64,000 bases of DNA. Origin: Clostridia bacterium (GTDB lineage Bacteria > Bacillota > Clostridia > UMGS1883). The DNA lies in NCBI GenBank assembly GCA_045656645.1, contig JAZORN010000001.1:11208-75207 (forward strand), given 5' to 3'. Under the pieces are notes generated by a model. The model ran no database searches, was not told the origin of the DNA, and saw only the letters and a program-made list of their open reading frames with translations. Every line of letters begins with the position of its first letter. Position 1 is the stretch's first letter. The translations under genes were made by a program, and so were the position numbers. Positions 1 through 9,297 of this stretch are shown here, in pieces.

Positions 1-497
1 TCCTGCGGTCTTGCAGCAGCACGCAAAGGATATGATTTTTGCGCATATACCTGAACCACATCGCCGATTATTCCAGACAATATTGCTTTTCTAAGCCCCC
101 AATAAGGCTCGAAAAACACAGTATCTGCATATTCGTGGAAGCATCGGTCATTTTCCCTTGCTGCCTGTAAAATATTCTCTAAATCTTCAATAGAAAATGC
201 GGCAGGCTTTTCCGCATAAACGTGCTTTTTCGCATTAAGACACATAATAGCGTCACTTGCCTGCTCCTCTCTTTTAGGTGAGCAAAGACTGATTAAATCA
301 ATACTTTCATCTGCAAGCATTTCTTCGAGGGTATCATAAAATTTTATATCGTCGGGAGTATATCCGTTTTCAGCAGTAAAAAAAGATTTATCCATTTTAC
401 ACACTGCCGAAAGCTCGGCATTTTTGTGATTGATAAGTTTTTTTTGAATTTGATGTCCGTTTGAACCGTAAAGTCCGATTTTTATTTTCTTTTCCAT
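1..497 (-). CDS. Gfo/Idh/MocA-family NAD(P)-dependent oxidoreductase, N-terminal ~165 codons only (3' end lies beyond window start)
   Basis: Absent from the ORF track because it is truncated. My translation of the minus strand from ATG at 497 gives MEKKIKIGLYGSNGHQIQKKL...KKHVYAEKPAAFSIEDLE, a Rossmann-type start plus the family EKP motif. AGGAG (505-509) lies 7 nt upstream. Confidence 0.75.
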   Translation of the reverse strand, partial: MEKKIKIGLYGSNGHQIQKKLINHKNAELSAVCKMDKSFFTAENGYTPDDIKFYDTLEEMLADESIDLISLCSPKREEQASDAIMCLNAKKHVYAEKPAAFSIEDLENILQAARENDRCFHEYADTVFFEPYWGLRKAILSGIIGDVVQVYAQKSYPLRAAARPQ

Positions 498-509
498 AGT
501 GTTACTCCT

Positions 510-1991
510 TTACTCTGAAAGCTCTTTTAAGGCTTTAATACTTATATCGCAATTTTCCAAACTTCGCATTTCAAGAAAAATCGGCATATGATTTATGCGG
601 TTGTTTCCCCATGCACAGAAAAACGAAGCATATGAAATCGTCATTCCAAGCCAGTCGGATATTGCATAATGGTTTGCAAGGCCTTCGGGGGTTTTCACCA
701 CCTGATGTGCGTGATATGCAACAGTCCGCTTCCCCATAATTTCATACCACACACTTCTTGTATATCTTTCACGGAAAACAGAGTTATTTGTTGCGTGACC
801 TATATCAAGCAGTGCTCCAACTCTGCTTTTACCCAGATATACATTCAGAGCATCTATCCACATAAGGCACTCCTCAGGAACAATGCCGAAAAGCCTCTCA
901 CCGTTATTTTTGTTACAGCCCTTAAGCATATGTAGATTTTCAATGCCAATTTTGGTGTCCTGAGAAAGCTTTTTTAAGCCTTCAAGAAAATGGGTAAGAT
1001 ACATTCTCCAATATTTTCCGTCTACAATCATATCCTTTATTTTTGCCCTCGGTACGTGAACTGTTACACCGTCAGGCTCTAACTCCAAAAGTAACTCTAT
1101 AGCCCTATACCACCGCTCCACTCCCTGCAAAACACCGTCTGTAAGTCTTAACTCAGGAAGGTGACAAGAAAGATATTTTCCGCCGTTTTGCCTCCATTGT
1201 GCTACTTTTTCTTTAATAATTTCATATTTTTCTATATCTTTTTCGGTTCTTAACTGAATTTCAATATTTTTTATGTCGTTTTCTCTTGCATAATCAATAT
1301 CTGTTTCAGGATTAAAGCATGATATTCCAATATAATTAAGAACATCTTTGAAATACGCCTTATCAATTTCAAAATATCTGTCATATTTTTTAAAGCCGTT
1401 ATTATCAAAATCAAAATATGTAACGCTTGGAAATCCTTTTGCCTTATCGGGATCCAGTCCCGCAACACCTATGAGTTTGGTTTTTCCTATGGTATTTTCC
1501 ATTTCCATATGCTTGTGTCCGTGAATAACAGTAAGAGATTTCTTTTCAAAAAGTTCTTCTAAAAACTCTCTGGCATCTTCCTTTAATGCATCAAAATCGT
1601 GATGCATTACTACAATATCGTTATCACAGCACTGCGAAAGAAGAATCTTATCATCCTCGGTTAAATATGTATACGGGGTGCTGATGCCTAAAACACGGTA
1701 ATTATGAAAATTTAACATTCTGCTTTCGGAGTATTTTTCTACTATTTCATCTCTTGAAAAAGCATTTCTGATATCCGAATTCCCAAGCAAAAACAGATGG
1801 TTAAGCTCTCCTGTTTTGTCAAGAAAGTAGTTTAACGCCTCTATATCTCCGCCCGCACAGACATCACCTGCAACAACAGTTAAATCAGCATTTTCGGCTA
1901 TTATATTATCAATTGCCCAATCAAGAACAGCATACTGGGCTGCCGACCTTAAAAGTGGCAGATGCAAATCACAAATTACAGCTATTTTCAT
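510..1991 (-). CDS. Fusion protein: calcineurin-like metallophosphoesterase (N-terminal) plus xylose-isomerase-like/AP-endonuclease-2 TIM barrel (C-terminal)
   Basis: 493-aa ORF. N-terminal half has phosphoesterase motifs ICDLHLP, AGDVCAGGD, LLGNSD, VMHHD, IHGHKH. From about aa 215 there are TIM-barrel sugar isomerase/epimerase-type blocks IGIENLH, LLDIGHA, AYHAHQV, IFLEM. AAAGGGGA RBS upstream. Confidence 0.65.
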   Translation of the reverse strand: MKIAVICDLHLPLLRSAAQYAVLDWAIDNIIAENADLTVVAGDVCAGGDIEALNYFLDKTGELNHLFLLGNSDIRNAFSRDEIVEKYSESRMLNFHNYRVLGISTPYTYLTEDDKILLSQCCDNDIVVMHHDFDALKEDAREFLEELFEKKSLTVIHGHKHMEMENTIGKTKLIGVAGLDPDKAKGFPSVTYFDFDNNGFKKYDRYFEIDKAYFKDVLNYIGISCFNPETDIDYARENDIKNIEIQLRTEKDIEKYEIIKEKVAQWRQNGGKYLSCHLPELRLTDGVLQGVERWYRAIELLLELEPDGVTVHVPRAKIKDMIVDGKYWRMYLTHFLEGLKKLSQDTKIGIENLHMLKGCNKNNGERLFGIVPEECLMWIDALNVYLGKSRVGALLDIGHATNNSVFRERYTRSVWYEIMGKRTVAYHAHQVVKTPEGLANHYAISDWLGMTISYASFFCAWGNNRINHMPIFLEMRSLENCDISIKALKELSE

Positions 1992-2008
1992 AAAACACTG
2001 TCCCCTTT

Positions 2009-2779
2009 TTAAAACTCTATGGTTGATGCATCCTCACATATCATAGCATTTCCGTCATAATGATGGCGTACATTTGCAATAGCCCTTTCGTAATCAACCA
2101 TAATACTTCTTCCAAGGTGTGTGTAGAAAAGATTTTTTATCTTCTTTTCCTGAGCGTAATCACATACATCCATATAATCGTGATGGCCTGTTTCCGCAAT
2201 AAGCGCATCACACTCCTCAATGCCGTCAATTTTATCTAATTCAGAATATGACAAAATATCTCCTGTGTAAACTATCCTTTTCCCCTCTGCCTCTATCATA
2301 TAGCTATATGATTTCCACTTTCCTTTTTCCGGTTTAATATGCTCGTTATGATATGCCGTAACCTTTATGTTTTCATCCTCAAAAAGCACTCCGTCAGAAA
2401 CTTCATTGGCAATGATATTCAGACCAGTGAAATTTTCTTCAGTCTGTGCCAGGATTTTAAGCCAGCCCTCCCATGTTCTCATTTCAGGTATATAAAGCTC
2501 TATATCTCCAAAACGAGGCTCTTTTTTTAGCCATCCCTTTTGCTTTCTTATATCCCAGAACAAATTGCCAAGGCCCCCTATATGATCCATATGACAGTGG
2601 GATATAACAACCTTCTTAATACGAAGCAAATCCAACCTCATAAGCTGAATAGTTCTTGAGCAGCAGGCACCAGCATCAAAAACATACATCGCTCCGTTTA
2701 CTTCAAACGCCATAGACTGATGTCTTCTGTCAGGAAGCTGCCAGAGACCCGAAACTGTTCCAAAAAAATGCATTTTCAT
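2009..2779 (-). CDS. MBL-fold metallo-hydrolase
   Basis: 256-aa ORF with the HxHxDH zinc motif (SHCHMDHIGG) and downstream His/Asp ligand positions. AAGGAG lies 8 nt upstream of the ATG. Confidence 0.75.
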   Translation of the reverse strand: MKMHFFGTVSGLWQLPDRRHQSMAFEVNGAMYVFDAGACCSRTIQLMRLDLLRIKKVVISHCHMDHIGGLGNLFWDIRKQKGWLKKEPRFGDIELYIPEMRTWEGWLKILAQTEENFTGLNIIANEVSDGVLFEDENIKVTAYHNEHIKPEKGKWKSYSYMIEAEGKRIVYTGDILSYSELDKIDGIEECDALIAETGHHDYMDVCDYAQEKKIKNLFYTHLGRSIMVDYERAIANVRHHYDGNAMICEDASTIEF

Positions 2780-2797
2780 ATTAATTACTCCTTAAAT

Positions 2798-4453
2798 TTA
2801 TTTTTGTTTGCTATAATGTTTCTTAACAGTTTGATATGCAAGCTTTTTTCTTCTGTAGCCGTCTACAATTCCTTTGTTATTTATTGTTTTTGGTCTTGTT
2901 TTGAACCAATGCTCCTCCGTCACACGGCAATCGCAAAATTGCCACAAAAAAATGCCGCTTAAATCGTCGCGCTGCATATATTCTTCAATAACAGTGTCTA
3001 AAATTTGCTCTTGCCTTTCTTCTGTCCATCTTGCGCAGGTATCACTTCTGTAGCCGTAAACTGCACCTGCCCCAAACTCGGTAATAAGGAAAGGCTTGCC
3101 ACAGCCTGCCATTTTCTCCATCCACGCCTTTTCCTCATTAAGTTGCTGTGTCGGCTTGGAATCATCATACCACAGCGGATACAGATTTACAGAAAGAATG
3201 TCCGGTAAATCCAGACAAATGTCTGTAAAATGACGACACGTAGCAAATGATTTTGGACGACTCGCATCTAATCTTCCAAGCTGCTTAAGCTGCTTCTCAT
3301 ACTTTTCTCTGCCTTTTGGTTCATCACTTGCACATTCGTTCAGAATTCCCCAAATCACTATTGACGGATGGTTATAATGATACAGCACCATTTCGTCAAT
3401 ACAATCCTCGCACTGTTTGTCGAAATTAACGTTTTGCATTTGCTGCAAATTCAATCCACGCGCGTGATTTTCCTCCCAAACCAAAACACCGCGTTCATCA
3501 CACATATCTAAAAATCGTTCGTCATTAGGATAATGGCTAGTCCTTACCGCATTAGCACCTGTGTCCAGCATCAACTCCATATCATATGACATAGCCTGCA
3601 GTGGAAGCGCACATCCAAACATAGGATGATCCTCGTGACGGTTAAAGCCTTTAAAATAGATTTCCTTGTTATTCAGGTAAATCTTTTTACCCTCAACCTT
3701 TACCGTTCTGAAGCCTACCCTTTCAATTAAATCATCTATTGCACAGTCATTTTCGTACAAAACCGTATCTAACAAATACAGATTAGGTTCTTTTTCACTC
3801 CACACAAAAACATTCTTAAATTCAGTTTCTGCCGATACTATTTTTTTACTGTTTGCCAAAACATTGACATTCATTATAACTTCATTTTCACCTAATGTTG
3901 AAACTATATTTCCGCTAAAGTCATCATCGGAAATATTTGATACACAAGCCTCAATTTGGGCATACCATTTATCATCTGCAAGTTTAGGTGTAAAATGTAC
4001 ATATTCAATAAAACAATCAGGAATATATTCTAAAGTAACGGGACGTGTGATACCGCCGTATGTGTAATAGTCATTTGGAACGTGCAAAGCCGAATGCTCG
4101 CCAAAGGTATTGTCAACTTCTACCTTTAATTCGTGCTCTCCTGCATCTGCATTTTTTACTATAGCACTAAAGGGCGTATATGCATTATAGTGATGAGCAA
4201 TTTTTTCGCCGTCAAAATAAACATCCGCCGTGTGGCTCACACCTTTGAATGTAAGCCTTAAATTACTGCTTTTTGATATTTTCACTTTTCGTTTGTACGT
4301 ACCGTTACCTTTAAAGCTCGCAAGTGATGGAATTTGCTCCCAGCAACCCGGAACCGCCATAGAAAAACTACCTTTTTGTTCTATAAATAAATCCCACATT
4401 CCATCCAGCGAAGATTTTTTCCTTATAATATTTGTATTAAATAATCTGTCCAT
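2798..4453 (-). CDS. GH2-family glycosidase, beta-glucuronidase-like
   Basis: ORF track gives 2798..4465. I prefer ATG at 4453 (MDRLFN...) because GGAGG lies inside the longer version. GH2 hallmarks: sugar-binding jelly roll (LTFKGVSHTADVYFDGEKIAHH), FKGFNRHEDHP, VRTSHYPNDERFLDMCDERGVLVWEEN, WGILNECAS (NE acid/base) and ITEFG (nucleophile). No signal peptide. Confidence 0.75.
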   Translation of the reverse strand: MDRLFNTNIIRKKSSLDGMWDLFIEQKGSFSMAVPGCWEQIPSLASFKGNGTYKRKVKISKSSNLRLTFKGVSHTADVYFDGEKIAHHYNAYTPFSAIVKNADAGEHELKVEVDNTFGEHSALHVPNDYYTYGGITRPVTLEYIPDCFIEYVHFTPKLADDKWYAQIEACVSNISDDDFSGNIVSTLGENEVIMNVNVLANSKKIVSAETEFKNVFVWSEKEPNLYLLDTVLYENDCAIDDLIERVGFRTVKVEGKKIYLNNKEIYFKGFNRHEDHPMFGCALPLQAMSYDMELMLDTGANAVRTSHYPNDERFLDMCDERGVLVWEENHARGLNLQQMQNVNFDKQCEDCIDEMVLYHYNHPSIVIWGILNECASDEPKGREKYEKQLKQLGRLDASRPKSFATCRHFTDICLDLPDILSVNLYPLWYDDSKPTQQLNEEKAWMEKMAGCGKPFLITEFGAGAVYGYRSDTCARWTEERQEQILDTVIEEYMQRDDLSGIFLWQFCDCRVTEEHWFKTRPKTINNKGIVDGYRRKKLAYQTVKKHYSKQK

Positions 4454-4554
4454 TATAGCCTCCATAGTATTAATGTTGTTCTATCTTTTCTAGTTAATCT
4501 CTTTCGTACATAGTGTTTTTCTGCTACTTTCATGTTTTTCTGTCCTTCCTCTTT

Positions 4555-5634
4555 TTATACGAAATGTCGAATTTGGAATTTTTCTCCACACACAGCCGGA
4601 AATTCCTGCTCCCCCCAGGGTTTGTGCCATGTGAGTGAACCGTGCAGGCGGTTTTCTCTGTCGTAAACACCATACTTAAGCGCCGAAACCTCAGGTTTCA
4701 GTCCTGTACCGCATTCAAAATTTACTGTTTCCACCAAAACATTACAAGGTCCTTTGCGCATCCCAAAAAGTTCTGTTGTGGTTGTAGAAAGAATAACAGT
4801 GTTGTGCTGTGCTACAATGTGTTGTATCACAGAAAGGTGCGAACAATCGTGGAATGTAATACCCTCCTCACAATTGTGAACATAAAGATAATCTGCAACT
4901 ACATGCTCACCTAAGACAAAGCCGTACCGAAATCCCTGTACCGCAACATTGCGAAGAACATTATCATCATTTTGGTCACCTGATGCAATAAGACCTGCTG
5001 TATGACAGGGATTTGGCTGAAGTTCCTTTTTAAGCAAAGTATCTCCCACCTGCTCGTCAAGGCAAAACTGGCAGTCGGAAATATTGATGCGTGCCACATT
5101 CTGAAGATTTACCGCAGACTGCGTTGGATACATTTTATCATGATTCATCGGAACTCTGAACTCAAGGTTAGAAATTGAAAACTGCGAAACGCTGAAATTA
5201 CCGGCAAAGGTCTTACCTTCCGCCGCTGCTATTATTGACCAGGGACGCGCAGTAGGATCCTGTTCCTCCGGAGCTTCCCAGTCAGAAAAAATTCTTGTAT
5301 TGTCATTTCTGAGATTTCCAAAAGCAGTTGGTGCACGATTCATATCAGGAGTAATAACAATATATGCATTCAACATACGGCAGGGCATCTCACCTTCCAA
5401 TTGAATGTTTGCACTGCCTGCCGGAATAATAAGCTGTGCACGGACAGGCTTTCCGTCTATTTCTTCAATACCGGGTGATGCTATGCGATATCCACCTTTT
5501 GTGTAAGGAAACAGAATTTTTCCGCCGCCACGCTCTGCGGCATAATTAATTGCATTTTGAATAGCGGCAGTATCATCGGCAATACCGTCGCCCTTTGCTC
5601 CAAAATCAAAAACATTAATACCAAAACTTGACAT
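4555..5634 (-). CDS. Right-handed beta-helix protein of the pectate-lyase superfamily (PF12708-like N-terminus); glycosidase or lyase, specificity unknown
   Basis: 359-aa ORF beginning MSSFGINVFDFGAKGDGIADDTAAIQNAINYA, the signature N-terminus of this beta-helix group. No signal peptide. Confidence 0.5.
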   Translation of the reverse strand: MSSFGINVFDFGAKGDGIADDTAAIQNAINYAAERGGGKILFPYTKGGYRIASPGIEEIDGKPVRAQLIIPAGSANIQLEGEMPCRMLNAYIVITPDMNRAPTAFGNLRNDNTRIFSDWEAPEEQDPTARPWSIIAAAEGKTFAGNFSVSQFSISNLEFRVPMNHDKMYPTQSAVNLQNVARINISDCQFCLDEQVGDTLLKKELQPNPCHTAGLIASGDQNDDNVLRNVAVQGFRYGFVLGEHVVADYLYVHNCEEGITFHDCSHLSVIQHIVAQHNTVILSTTTTELFGMRKGPCNVLVETVNFECGTGLKPEVSALKYGVYDRENRLHGSLTWHKPWGEQEFPAVCGEKFQIRHFV

Positions 5635-5665
5635 GATTCATAACTATCCTTTCCTGTGCTTATCT

Positions 5666-6979
5666 TTACACTTCTTTAATCAACATAAACGAGTGTTTTT
5701 TGATGGTAAATTCCAGTCTTTCAGTTACACAAACAAGCTCACCATCTTTTTCGTCGTCAACTATATATATTTCATACTTTCCTTCTTTGCCAAAGTCAAT
5801 CTTTATATCCTTTGCAGGTGAGTTATCATCCTCTGAATAGTTAGTAACAACGCACAATACTTTTCCGTTTTCATCGATTCCGCAAAGAGTATATATATTT
5901 TCCGGTTCTTTTTCGCATCTTACTTCTGATTCCATATCGTAAAATTTACCATACCACATAAGTGGATAATAACCTTTCAGCGGTTCATATGAATAAAAGT
6001 CAAACGCTCCGCAAAATGCACTTGGTCGTGTGTCATAGTACATAAGCATATCAAGAGCATCACATTTTTGTACCACAGATATACTTGCCATTACAAAAGC
6101 TGCACCCTTAATTGTGTGAATAGTCATTACACTATATTTAAAATCTTCTCTCCATCCTCTTACATAGTTCCACTCGTTAAGTATTGTTTCGGCATCTCCA
6201 TATCCGTTTTCAATAAGCATATTTTTAATGCGAACGGCTTTATCAGTGATTTTCTGTGTGGTTGTTCCGTATACATGCCACGAAAAGAAATCCATCGGCA
6301 CATTTCTTTTTTTCATTTCAGCAAGAAAGTCTGCAGCCCACTCTTCATTACCAGCAAGTGCAGGCCCGCCTATTTTAAGTTCAGGAAAACAGCCTTTAAG
6401 GTGTTTTGCTGCTATTTCATACAAATCAAAGAACTGCGCTTTTGTACCGCCCCAAGTACGCTTATCTGCTCTGTCATCAGGGTCCAGGTCGGGTTCGTTC
6501 CATATTTCCCAATACTTTATATTAAGTTTAAAGCCATCTGCCCAACCATAATTATAGTGGCGTATAATATGTTCGCAAATCTGTGCCCACTTGTTAAAAT
6601 CAGGCGGTGGAAGTGTTCCATGCTTTTTTATCTGATGCTCAATAGTCTGTCCAAGTCTGAAAAATGTTTCTGTTCCCGCTTCAAGTGTTGTCAAAATTGA
6701 TTCATCGGTACAAGCAAAATCATAAGATTTAGGGTCATTTACATTAGCATCAAAATTTGGAAAGATACAAGTTATATCATGGCTGAAGGGGCCGCCGTAA
6801 ATGCCAATAACTCCCGAATCATGATTCCTTGAATACGGAATTCTTGCCGCCTTATATTCCTCAAAATTACTTCTGAATTGACTGTTTGCATGTCTTTTAT
6901 GCCAAGGACCGCCATTGGTTGCGTTTAGAATTTTAAATTCTCCTGCTTTTTTTGTCAAATCAAACTTTAAGATTTCCAT
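5666..6979 (-). CDS. Clan GH-A (beta/alpha)8 glycoside hydrolase, GH39-like
   Basis: 437-aa ORF with an NEP acid/base-type block KYWEIWNEPDL. AAAGGAG RBS upstream. The family assignment is from memory only. Confidence 0.45.
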   Translation of the reverse strand: MEILKFDLTKKAGEFKILNATNGGPWHKRHANSQFRSNFEEYKAARIPYSRNHDSGVIGIYGGPFSHDITCIFPNFDANVNDPKSYDFACTDESILTTLEAGTETFFRLGQTIEHQIKKHGTLPPPDFNKWAQICEHIIRHYNYGWADGFKLNIKYWEIWNEPDLDPDDRADKRTWGGTKAQFFDLYEIAAKHLKGCFPELKIGGPALAGNEEWAADFLAEMKKRNVPMDFFSWHVYGTTTQKITDKAVRIKNMLIENGYGDAETILNEWNYVRGWREDFKYSVMTIHTIKGAAFVMASISVVQKCDALDMLMYYDTRPSAFCGAFDFYSYEPLKGYYPLMWYGKFYDMESEVRCEKEPENIYTLCGIDENGKVLCVVTNYSEDDNSPAKDIKIDFGKEGKYEIYIVDDEKDGELVCVTERLEFTIKKHSFMLIKEV

Positions 6980-7093
6980 GACAAATCACTCCTTTCTTAA
7001 TATAAAAATCATTTGTTCATCTTGGTACTTATAATAAGCTTATTTCATTCAAGCCTCTTCATTCTTTATCTTCATATTAAGATTGAATTAAAA

Positions 7094-8152
7094 TTATATT
7101 ATTTTTTCCAATATTTCAGAAATAGCCTTTGCCATAGAAAAGAACCCAAGGTCATTGGGATGTATATTTTCTACCATACCATCATTTTCCGTCATTTCCA
7201 TAAGCTGTGCGCCTGAAAGGAAGTACACGTTGTTATCGCCCCGTTCTTTCGCATTCAGATAGGTTTGTCTGATAACTTCCATATACTCTGCCTCTATCGG
7301 AAGCAAATATATATTAGGTCTGGACAAGATAATAATCGGTATATCAGGATGCGCACTTCGTATTATATTAAACATTCTTTCGTGCGTTTCTTTCAAAAAC
7401 TGCGTACTGAACGCATTATGGTCATAGTCATATACGAAAACACTCATATCGAGGCTTTTGATATATTCTGCAATTTCAATTTGGGCAATCGCACTGCCGG
7501 CAAATCCGAGATTTATGTAATCGCAATCAAATTTTCGTGAGATAATGCTTTCATATGTATTTCCCGGCCTCGTTGCACAAGCCCCCTGCGTTATGGAGGA
7601 GCCGTAATAGACTATCTTATTCTTATTCTTATATGGGGCGGGCGCATCAATGCTTGCATCCTTTGCAAGACCGATATGAAGTGCGCATACATCGCAGTAT
7701 AACGGAAAATTTATTGTTATTTCACGAACTGCTTCTGTATCAAATTCAATAAGACTTTCATAGCCGTCATCAATTTCTACAGGCGGTTTAAAGGAACGAT
7801 AATATACATCCTTTCCGTCTTTCTTGACATACATATCAAATCCCGCCTTTCCCGCTTGTGAAAAAAACGGATATGTACTCGTAAGTCCGTCTATCTTTAC
7901 ATTTATTGCGACATAGGAACTATCTGTTTTAAAGCGTAATCTTCCGCCCGCTGTATTTGTATGCAGGATATAAACACTCTCACTGACGGTTTTTGCCACT
8001 TCCTCGGGCATTCTGCGGAATTTATCGTTTTTAAAGAATACACCATTGATTTCAAAAGGTTTTTCCAGAGAATTATAAAATATTATATCCTCTTTTTCAA
8101 TTTTAGTTTCGATTTTAAAATTTTTATCTATGGCTGAAATGTCCTTCATCAT
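7094..8152 (-). CDS. SGNH/GDSL-type esterase with N-terminal GxDLY beta-sandwich domain (paralog A)
   Basis: ORF track gives 7094..8179. I trimmed it to ATGATG at 8152 because the extension MRIKKRRKF translates the GGAGGA RBS, and paralog B starts at the same MMKDISAIDK. Motifs: KAGFDMY, nucleophile block VYYGSSITQG, GFAGSA, distal HPND. No signal peptide. Confidence 0.75.
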   Translation of the reverse strand: MMKDISAIDKNFKIETKIEKEDIIFYNSLEKPFEINGVFFKNDKFRRMPEEVAKTVSESVYILHTNTAGGRLRFKTDSSYVAINVKIDGLTSTYPFFSQAGKAGFDMYVKKDGKDVYYRSFKPPVEIDDGYESLIEFDTEAVREITINFPLYCDVCALHIGLAKDASIDAPAPYKNKNKIVYYGSSITQGACATRPGNTYESIISRKFDCDYINLGFAGSAIAQIEIAEYIKSLDMSVFVYDYDHNAFSTQFLKETHERMFNIIRSAHPDIPIIILSRPNIYLLPIEAEYMEVIRQTYLNAKERGDNNVYFLSGAQLMEMTENDGMVENIHPNDLGFFSMAKAISEILEKII

Positions 8153-8196
8153 AAATTTCCTCCGTTTTTTTATACGCATAGGTGTAAAATATCTCT

Positions 8197-9255
8197 TTAT
8201 ATTATTTTTTTCAATATTTCAGAAACAGCCTTTGCCATTGAGAAGAAGCCCATGTCATTTGGATGTGTATGTTCAACAGTGCCGTCATTACCCGCCATTT
8301 CCATAAGCTGTGCTCCCGAAAGAAAGTATACGTTATTATCGCCCTTCTCTTTCGCATTAAGGTACGTTTGTCTGATAACTTCCATACGCTCAATATCTGT
8401 TGAAACCAACTTGATTTTAGGTCTGCTTAGCATAATTATTGGTATATCAGGACGTGCATTTCGTATTATATTAAACATTCTCTCGTGTGTTTCTTTTAAA
8501 AACTGTGGCGTGGGTGCGTTATGATCATAATCATACACAAAAACGCTCATATCAAGACTCTTGATATATTCTGCCATATCTTTTTCTCCTCTGGCACTTC
8601 CGCCAAACCCCAGATTGATGTAATCACAGTCAAATTCCCTGGAAATAATGCTTTCGTATGTGTTTCCGGGTCTTGATGCGCAGGCGCCCTGCGTTATGGA
8701 GGAGCCATAATAGACTATCTTATTTTTATTCTTATACGGGGCAGGTGCATCAATGCTTGCACCCTTTGCAAGACCGATATAAAGCTCGCACACATCACTG
8801 TAGAGTGGGAAATTTATTGTTATTTCACGAGTTTCCTCCGTATTAAAATCAAGGATACTTTCATAACCGCCATCAATTTGGGCAGGCAACATAAAGGAAC
8901 GATAATATACATCTGCACCATTTTCCTTTATATACATATCAAATCCGGCTTTGCCTGCTTGTGAAAAAAACGGATACGTATTTGTAAGTCCATCTATCTT
9001 TACATTTATTGCAACGTAAGGACTGTTTGTTTTAAAACGCACCCTTCCCCCGGCAGTGTTTGTGTGGAGGGTGTATACACCCTCGCTGACAGTTTTTGCC
9101 GCTTCCTGGGGCATTCTGCGGAACTTCCCGTTTTCAAAGAACACACCATTGATTTCAAAAGGTTTTTCCAGAGAATTATAAAATATTATATCATCTTTTT
9201 CAATTTTAGTTTCGATTTTAAAATTTTTATCTATGGCTGAAATGTCCTTCATCAT
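8197..9255 (-). CDS. SGNH/GDSL-type esterase with N-terminal GxDLY beta-sandwich domain (paralog B)
   Basis: 352 aa, very similar by eye to paralog A (roughly 85% identity). Same motifs: KAGFDMY, VYYGSSITQG, HPND. Confidence 0.75.
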   Translation of the reverse strand: MMKDISAIDKNFKIETKIEKDDIIFYNSLEKPFEINGVFFENGKFRRMPQEAAKTVSEGVYTLHTNTAGGRVRFKTNSPYVAINVKIDGLTNTYPFFSQAGKAGFDMYIKENGADVYYRSFMLPAQIDGGYESILDFNTEETREITINFPLYSDVCELYIGLAKGASIDAPAPYKNKNKIVYYGSSITQGACASRPGNTYESIISREFDCDYINLGFGGSARGEKDMAEYIKSLDMSVFVYDYDHNAPTPQFLKETHERMFNIIRNARPDIPIIMLSRPKIKLVSTDIERMEVIRQTYLNAKEKGDNNVYFLSGAQLMEMAGNDGTVEHTHPNDMGFFSMAKAVSEILKKII

Positions 9256-9297
9256 AATTTCCTCCGTTTTTTATACGCATAGGTGTAAAATATCTCT

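Noticed and set aside
6068-6700. 210-aa plus-strand ORF. Similar cases: 31942..32538, 42786..43274, 43445..44029, 46289..46867 and 45480..45890
   Set aside because: All lie entirely inside strong minus-strand genes with clear family motifs. Their translations are low-complexity and Cys/Phe/Leu-rich. They are antisense shadows typical of AT-rich DNA.
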